A stretch of DNA of 64,000 bases from Vulcanimicrobiales bacterium (lineage in GTDB: Bacteria; Vulcanimicrobiota; Vulcanimicrobiia; Vulcanimicrobiales; Vulcanimicrobiaceae): positions 96,001-160,000 of the forward strand of contig JBBRLI010000003.1 in NCBI GenBank assembly GCA_038231455.1. The letters are read 5' to 3'. Position numbers and translations under genes: made by a program. This document shows, in pieces, positions 41,569-50,652 of this stretch. The notes beneath the pieces were generated by a model. It saw only the letters and a list, made by a program, of their open reading frames with translations. It had not been told where the DNA came from and searched no databases. Position 1 is the stretch's first letter. Each line of letters begins with the position of its first letter.

Positions 41569-42737
41569 GCGTTGTGATCGCGGGCGGCGGCCCGGCCGGA
41601 TCGGCAACGGCGCTCACCCTCGCGCGCGCCGGGATCGACGTGACAATCGTCGAGCGTGCCGCTTTTCCGCGCCGAAAAGTTTGCGGCGAATATCTCAATA
41701 GCGGCGCGGTCGCCGCACTCGATGCACTGGGACTCGGCGAAGCGATTCGCGCGATCGCGAAACCACTGCGCGGAATTCGTCTCGTCCCGCCGCACGCCGC
41801 ATCGCTCGAACTGCCCTTTCCGCGCGCGGCGCTCGCCTGCGCGCGCGCCGATCTGGATGCGATGCTGCTTGCTGCCGCGCGCGATGCGGGTGCAAACGTC
41901 ATTCACGCACGTGTCGAGGAAATCGCGTTTGCCGACGATCGCGCCGTTGGTCTCGTCGTACGCGATGAATCGGGCGATCGCCGCACCATTACCGCGCAAA
42001 CGATCGTCGGCGCCGATGGCAGCGGCTCGCTTGTCGCAAAGAAGCTCGGTCTCACGATGGCTACGAGCGGCACGCGCCGTTTCGCGGTTGGTGGGCATTA
42101 TAGCGGATTCGGCGACTTAGGTGGGTACGTGGAGATGTATGTCGGAACGGGCGCATACTTTGCCATCAATCCGCTCGATGCCGCACGTGCGAACGTGATG
42201 GTCGTTGTGCCGGATCGCGCCCTCGCGCAGTGGTCGAGCGATGTCGATGAGGGCGTCCGCGGCAAGGCCGCCGATCTTGGCCGCGGACACCGTTCGTTTG
42301 CGCATACGGCTCGCATCGGTGCGCGTGTCTCGGTCGGACCGCTCGCGCACCGCGTTCGCGCGCCGATCGCTCCCGGTGCCATCCTCGTTGGCGATGCTGC
42401 CGGTTTTCTCAATCCGTTCACCGGGCAAGGCGTCTTTCTAGCGCTCAGCGGTGCTGCGCGTGCTTCCGCGGCGATCGTCCGGTCATTCGAATGTCGCGAC
42501 CAAGAAGAGGCAGCATTCGCCGCGTATGCCGATTGGCGCACGAGCGACTTCCGCGCTCGCAAGCGACTCTCGCAACTCGTGAATCTCATGATCGACGTCC
42601 CCCCGCTCGCAAAGCGCGCGGTTAGCCGTCTGCGCCAGTTGCCGGATTTGGGGACGACCCTCATCGACTCTCTTGCCGGCGCCCGTGCGCCTCAATCGGC
42701 CTTCCATCCGCTGGTTTTGGGCCGATTACTCGTATGA
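41565..42737 (+). CDS. FAD-dependent oxidoreductase (geranylgeranyl reductase/monooxygenase-like)
   Basis: GGGPAG, FPRRKVCGE, GADG and GDAAGFLNPFTGQG motifs. Confidence 0.88.
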   Translation: MSVVIAGGGPAGSATALTLARAGIDVTIVERAAFPRRKVCGEYLNSGAVAALDALGLGEAIRAIAKPLRGIRLVPPHAASLELPFPRAALACARADLDAMLLAAARDAGANVIHARVEEIAFADDRAVGLVVRDESGDRRTITAQTIVGADGSGSLVAKKLGLTMATSGTRRFAVGGHYSGFGDLGGYVEMYVGTGAYFAINPLDAARANVMVVVPDRALAQWSSDVDEGVRGKAADLGRGHRSFAHTARIGARVSVGPLAHRVRAPIAPGAILVGDAAGFLNPFTGQGVFLALSGAARASAAIVRSFECRDQEEAAFAAYADWRTSDFRARKRLSQLVNLMIDVPPLAKRAVSRLRQLPDLGTTLIDSLAGARAPQSAFHPLVLGRLLV

Positions 42738-43180
42738 TCGTCACGCGGAACTCGATCGACATCAACGCGCCCGCGCTCCGGATTTACGGCTTTGCGGCCC
42801 CGACCGAACGCTGGCCGCAGATTCTGCCGCACTACCGTGACGTGCGCATCCTCTCGCGCGAGGGCAACAAGCGCATCGTCGCGATGGAGGCGTGGCGCGA
42901 CATGATTCCGATCGCGTGGGTCGCCGAACAAGTCAACGACCCCGCGCGACCGCACATCTTTTTTCATCACATTAAAGGCTGGACGCGCGGCATGGATGTG
43001 GATTGGATCTTCGAGCCGATCGCGGGCGGCACGCGAGTGACGATCGAACATCGACTCGATTTTGCATTTCCATTCGCGAGCGATTGGATCGGACGCCACG
43101 TCGTGTCGGATTTCTTCGTGCACGCCGTGGCTAGCCGAACGCTCGCGCGTATCAAAATCCTCGCCGAAGGGACCGAATGA
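42734..43180 (+). CDS. SRPBCC/START-fold polyketide cyclase/aromatase-like protein
   Basis: SIDINAP...WPQILPHY...GMDVDW.F...GTRVTIEH. Confidence 0.8.
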   Translation: MIVTRNSIDINAPALRIYGFAAPTERWPQILPHYRDVRILSREGNKRIVAMEAWRDMIPIAWVAEQVNDPARPHIFFHHIKGWTRGMDVDWIFEPIAGGTRVTIEHRLDFAFPFASDWIGRHVVSDFFVHAVASRTLARIKILAEGTE

Positions 43181-44412
43181 CCCATCGCGTTGTCGTCACC
43201 GGGATTGGCGTCGTTACGCCGATCGGCATCGGAGTCGATGCCCTCTGGGAGGCGACACTCGCCGAACGGATCGCGATCAAGCCGATCACCCGATTCCCGA
43301 CCGACGGCTACCGCTCGAAACTTGCCGCTCAGGTCGAAAATTTCGATGCGGCGAACTTCATGAGCGCGCGCCGCATCCGTTGGACGGATCGTTTTTCGCA
43401 ATTTGCCGTCGCCGCTACCCGCCTTGCGATCGACGATGCCAAGGTTGCACCGACCGTCGATGATGATGAAGTCGGCGTTTTCATGGGTTCTGCACTCGGC
43501 GGCCTTGCCTATGCCGACGAACAACACGACGTCTTCCGCGAGAAAGGTCTCGAGGCGATTCGCCCGTTGCTCGCGATCTCGGTGTTCGGTGGTGCATCGA
43601 CGTGCAACGTCGCGATGGAATTCGGCTTTTCCGGACCCAATGTCGCAAATGGCAACTCGTGCGCCTCGGGAGCCGTCGCGATCGGCGATGCGTACCGCGC
43701 GATCGCGCGCGGCGAAATACGTGCCGCAGTCGCCGGAGGTGTCGAGGCTCCGCTGGCACCGTTGATCTTCGGTGCGTTTACCGTGATTCGCGCGATGTCC
43801 ACACGCAACGATGATCCCGAGCACGCAAGCCGACCGTTCGATCTGAACCGCGATGGTTTTGTGATGGCCGAGGGCAGCGGCGTGCTCTATCTCGAGCGTT
43901 ATGAGGATGCCGTGCGACGCGGTGCGCGGATCTACGGCGAGATCGTCGGCTACGGTCTCACCAACGACGCGCACCATATGTCGGCACCACGACCCGACGG
44001 CGTAATGGCGGCACGCGCGATGACAAAGGCAATGCACGAGGCGCACGTCACGCCGAACGACGTTGACCTCATCAACGCGCACGGCTCTGGGACGGCGATC
44101 GGAGATGCCAGCGAGACGCTGGCCTTCGGGCGCGCGTTCGGTGACGCGCTCCCGGGGATCCCCGTGACCGCGACCAAAGGCCAGCACGGCCACGCGCTGG
44201 GTGCCACCGGCGCCTGGGAGGCAGCGCTTTCTTTGCTCTCGATTGCGCACCAAACCGTGCCGAAGAGCGTCAATTCAACTGATGAAGACCCCGATTGCCG
44301 GCTCCCCATTACCCGGGAACGCCTCGACCTCGCCCCACGCGTTATCCTCAGCAACTCCGCCGGATTCGGCGGCATCAACGCCGCGCTCGTCTTCCAACGC
44401 GTCGATGCATGA
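43177..44412 (+). CDS. FabF-like beta-ketoacyl synthase
   Basis: RVVVTGIG, catalytic NSCASG, HGSGT, KGQHGH and GFGGIN. Confidence 0.9.
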   Translation: MTHRVVVTGIGVVTPIGIGVDALWEATLAERIAIKPITRFPTDGYRSKLAAQVENFDAANFMSARRIRWTDRFSQFAVAATRLAIDDAKVAPTVDDDEVGVFMGSALGGLAYADEQHDVFREKGLEAIRPLLAISVFGGASTCNVAMEFGFSGPNVANGNSCASGAVAIGDAYRAIARGEIRAAVAGGVEAPLAPLIFGAFTVIRAMSTRNDDPEHASRPFDLNRDGFVMAEGSGVLYLERYEDAVRRGARIYGEIVGYGLTNDAHHMSAPRPDGVMAARAMTKAMHEAHVTPNDVDLINAHGSGTAIGDASETLAFGRAFGDALPGIPVTATKGQHGHALGATGAWEAALSLLSIAHQTVPKSVNSTDEDPDCRLPITRERLDLAPRVILSNSAGFGGINAALVFQRVDA

Positions 44413-45076
44413 TCCGGTCGTCGTCCGCGACGCGCGCAAAGTCTACGCGGGCGAAGGCGCGGAGGTAATCGCGCTTGCGGGCGTCTCGCTTACGGTGAAA
44501 GCCGGCGAGATCGTCGCTCTGGTCGGACCCAGTGGCTGTGGCAAATCCACGTTGCTCAACCTCGTTGGCTGTGTCGATTTACCGTCGAGCGGCGAGATTC
44601 TCGTTGACGGCCGCAACACAAGCGACCTCGACGACGATGCGCTGACGCTCTTGCGGCGCGATCGCGTCGGCACGATCTTCCAGTTTTTCAATCTCTTACC
44701 CGCACTCACGGTCGAAGCGAATGTCGGATTACCGCTGGTCTTGCAGCGCGTTCCCCCTGCCGATGTCGCGAAGCGCGTCGCGCGTGCGCTCGAAGAAGTC
44801 GGGATCACCGACAAAGCGCGCGTCTATCCGCCACAAATTTCCGGTGGACAAATGCAGCGCGTGGCGATTGCCCGCGCCATGGTCCACGATCCGGCGATTC
44901 TGCTCGCTGATGAACCGACCGGAAATCTCGATACGCAGAACGGTGCAAACGTGCTGCGGATGCTGCGCGATCTCGCCGATCGCGGTCAGGCGATTCTGAT
45001 GGCAACGCACAGTCTCGAGGCGGCCGCAATCTGCGACCGCACGATCCGCATGCAAGACGGTCGTATCGTCGGATGA
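44405..45076 (+). CDS. ABC transporter ATP-binding protein (LolD/MacB-like)
   Basis: [16 protein letters not shown] and ADEPTGNLD motifs. Confidence 0.93.
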   Translation: MHDPVVVRDARKVYAGEGAEVIALAGVSLTVKAGEIVALVGPSGCGKSTLLNLVGCVDLPSSGEILVDGRNTSDLDDDALTLLRRDRVGTIFQFFNLLPALTVEANVGLPLVLQRVPPADVAKRVARALEEVGITDKARVYPPQISGGQMQRVAIARAMVHDPAILLADEPTGNLDTQNGANVLRMLRDLADRGQAILMATHSLEAAAICDRTIRMQDGRIVG

Positions 45077-47655
45077 ACGCGCTCTTTCGGGCGCTGGTTC
45101 TCGGGCATCTGCGCGGTAACAAACTTCGTACCGGCGTGACGATCCTTGCCGTCGCGCTTGGCGTGGCAATCGCGCTTGCCATCGATCTTGCCAACGCCAC
45201 CGCCGTCTCGTCGTTTGCCTCATCGGTCAACATTATCTCGAGCAAAGTCAACCTCCAAGTCTTGGGTGTCGGTCGCGGCTTCGACGAGAACACCATCCTG
45301 CGCGTGCAAGACGTGCCGGGTGTGCAGTATGCGAGCCCGACGATCGAAGACTCGCTCGTGGTCGGCGCCAAACCCGGCGATCCGCTCTCGGGCGAGATTT
45401 TGCACGTACTCGGCATCGACTTGCTGCGTCCGCTTCCCGGCGATACGACGGCGGGCGGGCTTCCCGGTACCGTCGCCGAGTCCGCAACCACCACCGCGCC
45501 CGATCCGTACGCACTCGTGAACGCTCACGGCGCGTTCTTAAGCGAACGCGTCGCCGCGAAATATCATCTGAAAGTCGGCGATCCGATCGTCGGCCTTGCG
45601 GGCGATCGTCCCGTCACGCTGCGCGTCTCGGCAATCGTTCCCAAGGCCGTCGCGGGTATCGATTCATCGGTCGTCTTCGTCGACATCGCGACGGCGCAAG
45701 AACTCTTTGAAAAAATCGGCCGTCTCGACCGTATCGATCTCGTCATCGACCCGGCGCAACTGCCCGCTGCAATCGCCGCCGTGCGCAAAGTCATCCCGGC
45801 GGGAACGCGCGCGATCGAGCCGGCCGTGCGGACGAGCGAAATCAAACGCATGCTGCGGAGCTTCCAGCTCAATTTGGCCGCGCTCTCGTACATCGCGATG
45901 CTCGTTGGCATGTATCTGATCTACAACACCGTCGCGATCTCCGTCGTCCAGCGTCGCCCGGAAGTCGGGACGCTTCGCGCGCTTGGCGCAACGCGCGGCC
46001 AGATCTTTAAGACCTTCCTTACCGAAGGCGCGCTCTTCGGCATCATCGGGTCGGTCGCCGGGCTCGTGCTAGGCGGTTTGCTCGCGCAGCTTTCGGTCGG
46101 CGCGGTTTCGCGCACCGTCGACGCGCTTTACGTCGCAAGCCACGCCGATCACGTGAACTACGCGCCGCTGGTCTTGCTCAAGGCGTTCGTCGTCGGGGTG
46201 GTCCTTGCGACGATCTCGGCGGTCTTTCCGGCGATCGATGCCGCACGCACGGTTCCGGCGCTCACGATGCGTTCGCAAGGCTTCGAGCGCCGCTCGCCGT
46301 CGCTCGCGCGCAACGCCGCATTCATTGGTGTCGCGCTGCTCCTGGCAGCGTACGCATGCACGTTCGTTCCCGCAATCGATGACATTCCGGTCTTCGGCTA
46401 CGCCGCCGGCCTCTTGATCATCTTTGGCGGTACGCTTTTCGCGCCGATCGCGATCACCACGCTCGCGCACGTGGGCACGCGCCTGCTCGAAAAACGCTCG
46501 CCCGCCGGGACGCTGGCCGTCGCCAACCTCGGATCGTCGCTCATCCGCAATAGCGTTGCGGTGGCATCGCTCATGATCGCGATTGCGATGATGGTGTCGG
46601 TTGCGATCCTCATCGGGTCGTTTCGCACCACCGTCGTTGCGTGGGCCGACGATACGCTGCGGGCCGATTTATTCGTGCGACCGCTCGGGCTTGCCGATGC
46701 ATCGTACGACTCGCGTTTCTCGCCCTCGATCGTCCCTAAAATTCAGAAGCTCGCGGGTGTCGATGCCGTCGACACGTTCCGCGGGATTTCGATTCCGTTC
46801 CGCGACCGCCTCACGACGCTGGGTGCGACCGACTTTTATTCAGCTGCGGATCGAAACAAGCTGCGTTTCATCGGGGCGACCGATATGCGCGCGCTCGCGC
46901 ATCAGTTACCCGGCAACAACGCCGTGGTGATTAGCGAACCGTTTGCGACGCGGTTCAAACTCGACCGTGGGGATTCGTTCGTCCTCAACACGCCCGCGGG
47001 GAACGTCTCGCTCAAGATTTTGGCGATCTATAACGACTATTCCAGCGACTCGGGCATCATGCTCATGGACAAGCGGACGTTCGCGCGTCTCTACCACGAT
47101 GACTCGATCAACTCGATTGCCATTTACGCGAAACCCGGCGTCGATCTTGCGCAACTACGGAGCGATGTCGTGCGGTCCGTGTTGCCGCTCAAGGTTGACG
47201 CCCAGACGACGCGTGAATTGCGCGGTCTTGTTATCCAAATCTTCAATCGGACGTTTGCGATTACGTACGCGCTCTACATCATCTCCATTACGATTGCCGT
47301 GCTTGGCGTCGTGTCCACGCTCTTTGCGCTCGTGCTCGAACGGAAACGGGAGATTGGGCTCATGCGGTATCTTGGGCTCCGGGCGCGTGATGTTCGGCGG
47401 ATGGTGTATTACGAAGCGGGGTTCATTGGGTTTCTTGGGGGCTTAGGTGGGGTTGTCGTCGGGGTGCTGCTTGCGCTGCTGTTGATTTTTGTCATTAATC
47501 GCCAGGCGTTTGGGTGGCTCATCGAGTTGCATATGCCATACGATTTTCTTGGCGAGGCTATTGCGCTTGTTATTGTGGCGGCGCTTATTGCCGGGATTTA
47601 TCCGGCTGGGGTTGCTGCTCGTATTCGTACCGCTGAGGCTGTTCGTGCTGAATAA
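45073..47655 (+). CDS. Double FtsX/MacB-type ABC permease
   Basis: Two repeats of TM, periplasmic domain and RRPEVGTLRALG / RKREIGLMRYLG motifs. Confidence 0.9.
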   Translation: MNALFRALVLGHLRGNKLRTGVTILAVALGVAIALAIDLANATAVSSFASSVNIISSKVNLQVLGVGRGFDENTILRVQDVPGVQYASPTIEDSLVVGAKPGDPLSGEILHVLGIDLLRPLPGDTTAGGLPGTVAESATTTAPDPYALVNAHGAFLSERVAAKYHLKVGDPIVGLAGDRPVTLRVSAIVPKAVAGIDSSVVFVDIATAQELFEKIGRLDRIDLVIDPAQLPAAIAAVRKVIPAGTRAIEPAVRTSEIKRMLRSFQLNLAALSYIAMLVGMYLIYNTVAISVVQRRPEVGTLRALGATRGQIFKTFLTEGALFGIIGSVAGLVLGGLLAQLSVGAVSRTVDALYVASHADHVNYAPLVLLKAFVVGVVLATISAVFPAIDAARTVPALTMRSQGFERRSPSLARNAAFIGVALLLAAYACTFVPAIDDIPVFGYAAGLLIIFGGTLFAPIAITTLAHVGTRLLEKRSPAGTLAVANLGSSLIRNSVAVASLMIAIAMMVSVAILIGSFRTTVVAWADDTLRADLFVRPLGLADASYDSRFSPSIVPKIQKLAGVDAVDTFRGISIPFRDRLTTLGATDFYSAADRNKLRFIGATDMRALAHQLPGNNAVVISEPFATRFKLDRGDSFVLNTPAGNVSLKILAIYNDYSSDSGIMLMDKRTFARLYHDDSINSIAIYAKPGVDLAQLRSDVVRSVLPLKVDAQTTRELRGLVIQIFNRTFAITYALYIISITIAVLGVVSTLFALVLERKREIGLMRYLGLRARDVRRMVYYEAGFIGFLGGLGGVVVGVLLALLLIFVINRQAFGWLIELHMPYDFLGEAIALVIVAALIAGIYPAGVAARIRTAEAVRAE

Positions 47656-48874
47656 AATCGTTAAACAATTGTGGCTGGCGGTGGGGGCTGATAGTGCAGC
47701 TCCGGGGACGCTCGTTTCGCCCATCCATGGGCGAAACATCGCTGCGTGCGGAGTTGCTCTCGCCATCCTGGCTTCGCAACTCCTTACAGCCCCCGGAGCT
47801 GCACTATCAGCCCCCACCGCTGGGCACGATCATTTAGCCGCTTCTTCTAAGCCGTTTACTGCTGCCTTGGCACCATTTCGGTTTTCATTTCCTCGAGATC
47901 ATGCCGCGCATACCGATTATCAATCGGAGTGGTGGTACTACACGGGCCACGTCAAGGCGAAAGATGGGCGTCGGTTTGGTTATGAGCTTACGTTTTTTCG
48001 TGTGGGGTTGAAGCCCGGCGATCCGGCTACGCAAAAGTTGCAGTCGAAGTGGCGTGGGAATGAGTTATATCCCGCGCATTTTGCACTCACCGATGAGCGT
48101 GGCAAGACGTTCGTGCATTACGAGCGGTTTGCTCGGGAGGCGCTTGGGGCTGGGCGGGCTTCGACGAAGGATCTGGATGTTCGCGTTGGGGATTGGTTTG
48201 TGAAGGGTGATGGGCCGATGCAGATGCATGCTTCGGCTGGTGGTGCTTCGATTTCGTTTTCGCAAGCCTCTGAGAAACCGCCGGCTGTTCATGGGCATGA
48301 TGGGGTTTCGAAGAAGGGGCCTTGTCGTTCGTGTGCTTCGCACTACTACTCGCTTACACGGTTGCATACGACGGGGACGCTTGTTGTTGGGGGGCAGTCG
48401 CTTGCGGTTGACGGGCTTTCTTGGATGGACCATGAGTTTGGCTCTGATGAATTGCAGAAGACGCAGGCTGGGTGGGATTGGTTTGCCATTCAGCTTGATG
48501 ATAAGCGTGAGGTGATGCTCTACCGTCTTCGTCAGAAAGATGGGAGCGTTACGCCGCAGTCTTCGGGGTCCGTTGTTGCTCAAAATGGAGCCGTGTCGTA
48601 TCTTCCGCTCGATGCGTTTTCGATAGCGGCGAATGGGTCGTGGAAATCGCCGCACACCGGTGGCACGTATCCATCGGGGTGGCGCGTCACCGTTCCGGGT
48701 TCGAAGATGGATCTTACGATTGTGCCGACCGTCCTCGATCAGGAATTGAGTAATACGACCGGCGGCATTTCGTATTGGGAAGGCGCCGTTGATGTCAAAG
48801 ACACCGCTACGGGACGCGTTATCGGCGTTGGTTATGTCGAGCTCACCGGGTACGCGGGGGCGATCAGTCTTTAG
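47645..48874 (+). CDS. Secreted lipocalin-like / CrtC-AttH family protein
   Basis: FPRDH...EWWYYTG, WMDHEF, GWDWF, YWEG and GYVELTGY motifs. GTG 47645 overlaps the permease stop. Confidence 0.85.
   Translation: MLNKIVKQLWLAVGADSAAPGTLVSPIHGRNIAACGVALAILASQLLTAPGAALSAPTAGHDHLAASSKPFTAALAPFRFSFPRDHAAHTDYQSEWWYYTGHVKAKDGRRFGYELTFFRVGLKPGDPATQKLQSKWRGNELYPAHFALTDERGKTFVHYERFAREALGAGRASTKDLDVRVGDWFVKGDGPMQMHASAGGASISFSQASEKPPAVHGHDGVSKKGPCRSCASHYYSLTRLHTTGTLVVGGQSLAVDGLSWMDHEFGSDELQKTQAGWDWFAIQLDDKREVMLYRLRQKDGSVTPQSSGSVVAQNGAVSYLPLDAFSIAANGSWKSPHTGGTYPSGWRVTVPGSKMDLTIVPTVLDQELSNTTGGISYWEGAVDVKDTATGRVIGVGYVELTGYAGAISL
47678..47820. repeat. 143-bp branched palindromic (REP/MITE-like) element inside a CDS
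   Basis: Perfect 30-bp inverted repeats at 47678-47707 and 47791-47820 enclose hairpins at 47714-47737 and 47750-47783. Confidence 0.85.
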
Positions 48875-50434
48875 CTAGGCGGCGCTGGATTCGCCCTCTT
48901 CGGCTTTTACCGATTTGCGTAAGGCGACGATCGTGCTTTTTGCGTCGGAGCGGATTTCGACGCCGTCCATGAGTGCGCGCATCATCGGGAGGCCGCGGCC
49001 GCGTTCTTCGCGTTTTTGCGATGGGCGCCACTTGCCGTGGTCTTCGATCTTGATGTGGAGTTCGTCGTTTTCGAACGTGGCCTCGACGCGAGCTAAGCCC
49101 GGGCGCTCGTTGCCGTATGCGTGTTCGACGGCGTTTGCGATCGCTTCACCGACGGCCGTAAGCACACCGAAGCGCGTGTCTTCGCTCAAGTTGACGGACT
49201 CAAGCCAGCGCGAGAGAGAACGGCGCACCATGGGGACGGCCATTGGGAGCGCGGAGAATTCGAAGAAGAACGCTTTACGTTCGTGCGGTCCTATGCTTAC
49301 CGTGAGGGTAGCCACGTCATCGGTGTTTTCTTGGTCGGCGAATATCCGCCGCTGCAGAGCGCGCGCCGGCTCGAGTGGTGCCGGCACATCCATCATCTGT
49401 GCGCGCAGGGCATCGAGGAGCATCGCCTCGCCGGCGAGGACGTCGCGCGAATATTCGATGAGTCCGTCGGTGTAGAGTGTGAGAAGCGAGCCGGCCGGAA
49501 GTGTGAACGTCCAGTCCGTCGCGTCCACGCTCTCCGCAATTCCAAGCGGGATGCCATCGGCGGGGAGTCGCTCGGCAAGTCCGGAGGGCAACGTCAGGAT
49601 CGGCGGGGGATGGCCGGCGCTCGCGTACGATAGCGTACACGTGTGCGGATCGATAATCCCGAAGAGCGCGGTGACCATGACCGGGTTCGAACGCATGTTG
49701 ACGATGGTGTTGGCGCGTTCGATGACGAGTGATGGCGATTTTGGATTGATCGCCGATGCGCGGAAGGCTTGGCGGACCTCGCCCATCACCACGGCCGCGC
49801 GTAGTCCGTGTCCGGCCACATCGCCGATCGAAATCGCGATGCGACCGTCGGGGAGTTCGAAGGCGTCGTACCAGTCGCCGCCGACGATTGCTTCCTGCGC
49901 GCCGGGGCGGTAGGCCGCGTCGTAAAGCATGTTTTCGTGCGTTGGGAGCCGCTCGGGAAGCAGCGCTCGCTGAAGCGTATCGGCGACGAGGTGCTCGCGG
50001 GCATAGGCGCGGGCGCTGTCGATTGCAAGCGCCGCCCTTAGTGCGAGTTCTTCGAACAGGACGATTTCGGCGCCATCGAAACCCGCCAAGCGCGCGACGC
50101 GCAGCACGCCGAAGAATTGATCGCGTGCGACGAGCGGAATGTCGACGGCGAGCGGCGCGTCGGGAGGGCCATGAAAGACGAAGCGGCGGTCGCTCAGCGA
50201 AAGCGCGATCGGATGCGTGGCAAAGCTGTTCTCCACATCGCCCGCGTGGGCGAGTGAGATGAAGCCCGGCGGCTCGTCTTCAATCAGCGCAACGGCGAAT
50301 GCGTCGGCGTGATGGGGAACCGTGAAGGCGGCAACCCCGGCAAGCGCCGCAGAGAAATCGAAGGAGGACGCGAGTGTTTTCGTCGCGTGGGAGAGATACC
50401 GTAGCGTCGCCGACAAGCGATCGGCATCGGTCAT
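48875..50434 (-). CDS. GAF + SpoIIE/PP2C phosphatase + anti-sigma HATPase fusion
   Basis: VGGDWYD, GDVAGHG, YTDGL, DDVA, EAIANAVEH and GRGL motifs. The start is uncertain (50434-50482). Confidence 0.9.
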   Translation of the reverse strand: MTDADRLSATLRYLSHATKTLASSFDFSAALAGVAAFTVPHHADAFAVALIEDEPPGFISLAHAGDVENSFATHPIALSLSDRRFVFHGPPDAPLAVDIPLVARDQFFGVLRVARLAGFDGAEIVLFEELALRAALAIDSARAYAREHLVADTLQRALLPERLPTHENMLYDAAYRPGAQEAIVGGDWYDAFELPDGRIAISIGDVAGHGLRAAVVMGEVRQAFRASAINPKSPSLVIERANTIVNMRSNPVMVTALFGIIDPHTCTLSYASAGHPPPILTLPSGLAERLPADGIPLGIAESVDATDWTFTLPAGSLLTLYTDGLIEYSRDVLAGEAMLLDALRAQMMDVPAPLEPARALQRRIFADQENTDDVATLTVSIGPHERKAFFFEFSALPMAVPMVRRSLSRWLESVNLSEDTRFGVLTAVGEAIANAVEHAYGNERPGLARVEATFENDELHIKIEDHGKWRPSQKREERGRGLPMMRALMDGVEIRSDAKSTIVALRKSVKAEEGESSAA

Positions 50435-50484
50435 CGAAACCAAGCCGTGTACATCCCTGATTGCCGTCCTCCGTGGGCCCAATT

Positions 50485-50511
50485 GTTCCCTTGCTTTACC
50501 GTCGCTAAACC
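50485..50511 (-). promoter_or_regulatory. SigB/SigF-like promoter for the SpoIIE gene
   Basis: GGTTT-N16-GGGAAC on the minus strand. Confidence 0.6.
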
Positions 50512-50535
50512 ACGGCCGATGAGTTACGCTTTCGA

Positions 50536-50562
50536 GGTTTTAGAGATCAACCTTTTGGGAAC
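50536..50562 (+). promoter_or_regulatory. SigB/SigF-like promoter for the hybrid kinase
   Basis: GGTTT-N16-GGGAAC. Confidence 0.6.
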
Positions 50563-50652
50563 TTCGTCCCAGAAGCGCTTGCTTGAATCCGGATAGCTCA
50601 ACGATAGCTATACGGCGTCTCGTTTTTCGATACCGCGTAGGAGAGAGTATAC

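Noticed and set aside
47443-47817. Minus-strand ORF whose start mirrors the + strand peptide (GADSAAPG)
   Set aside because: This is a by-product of the 30-bp inverted repeat, not a gene.
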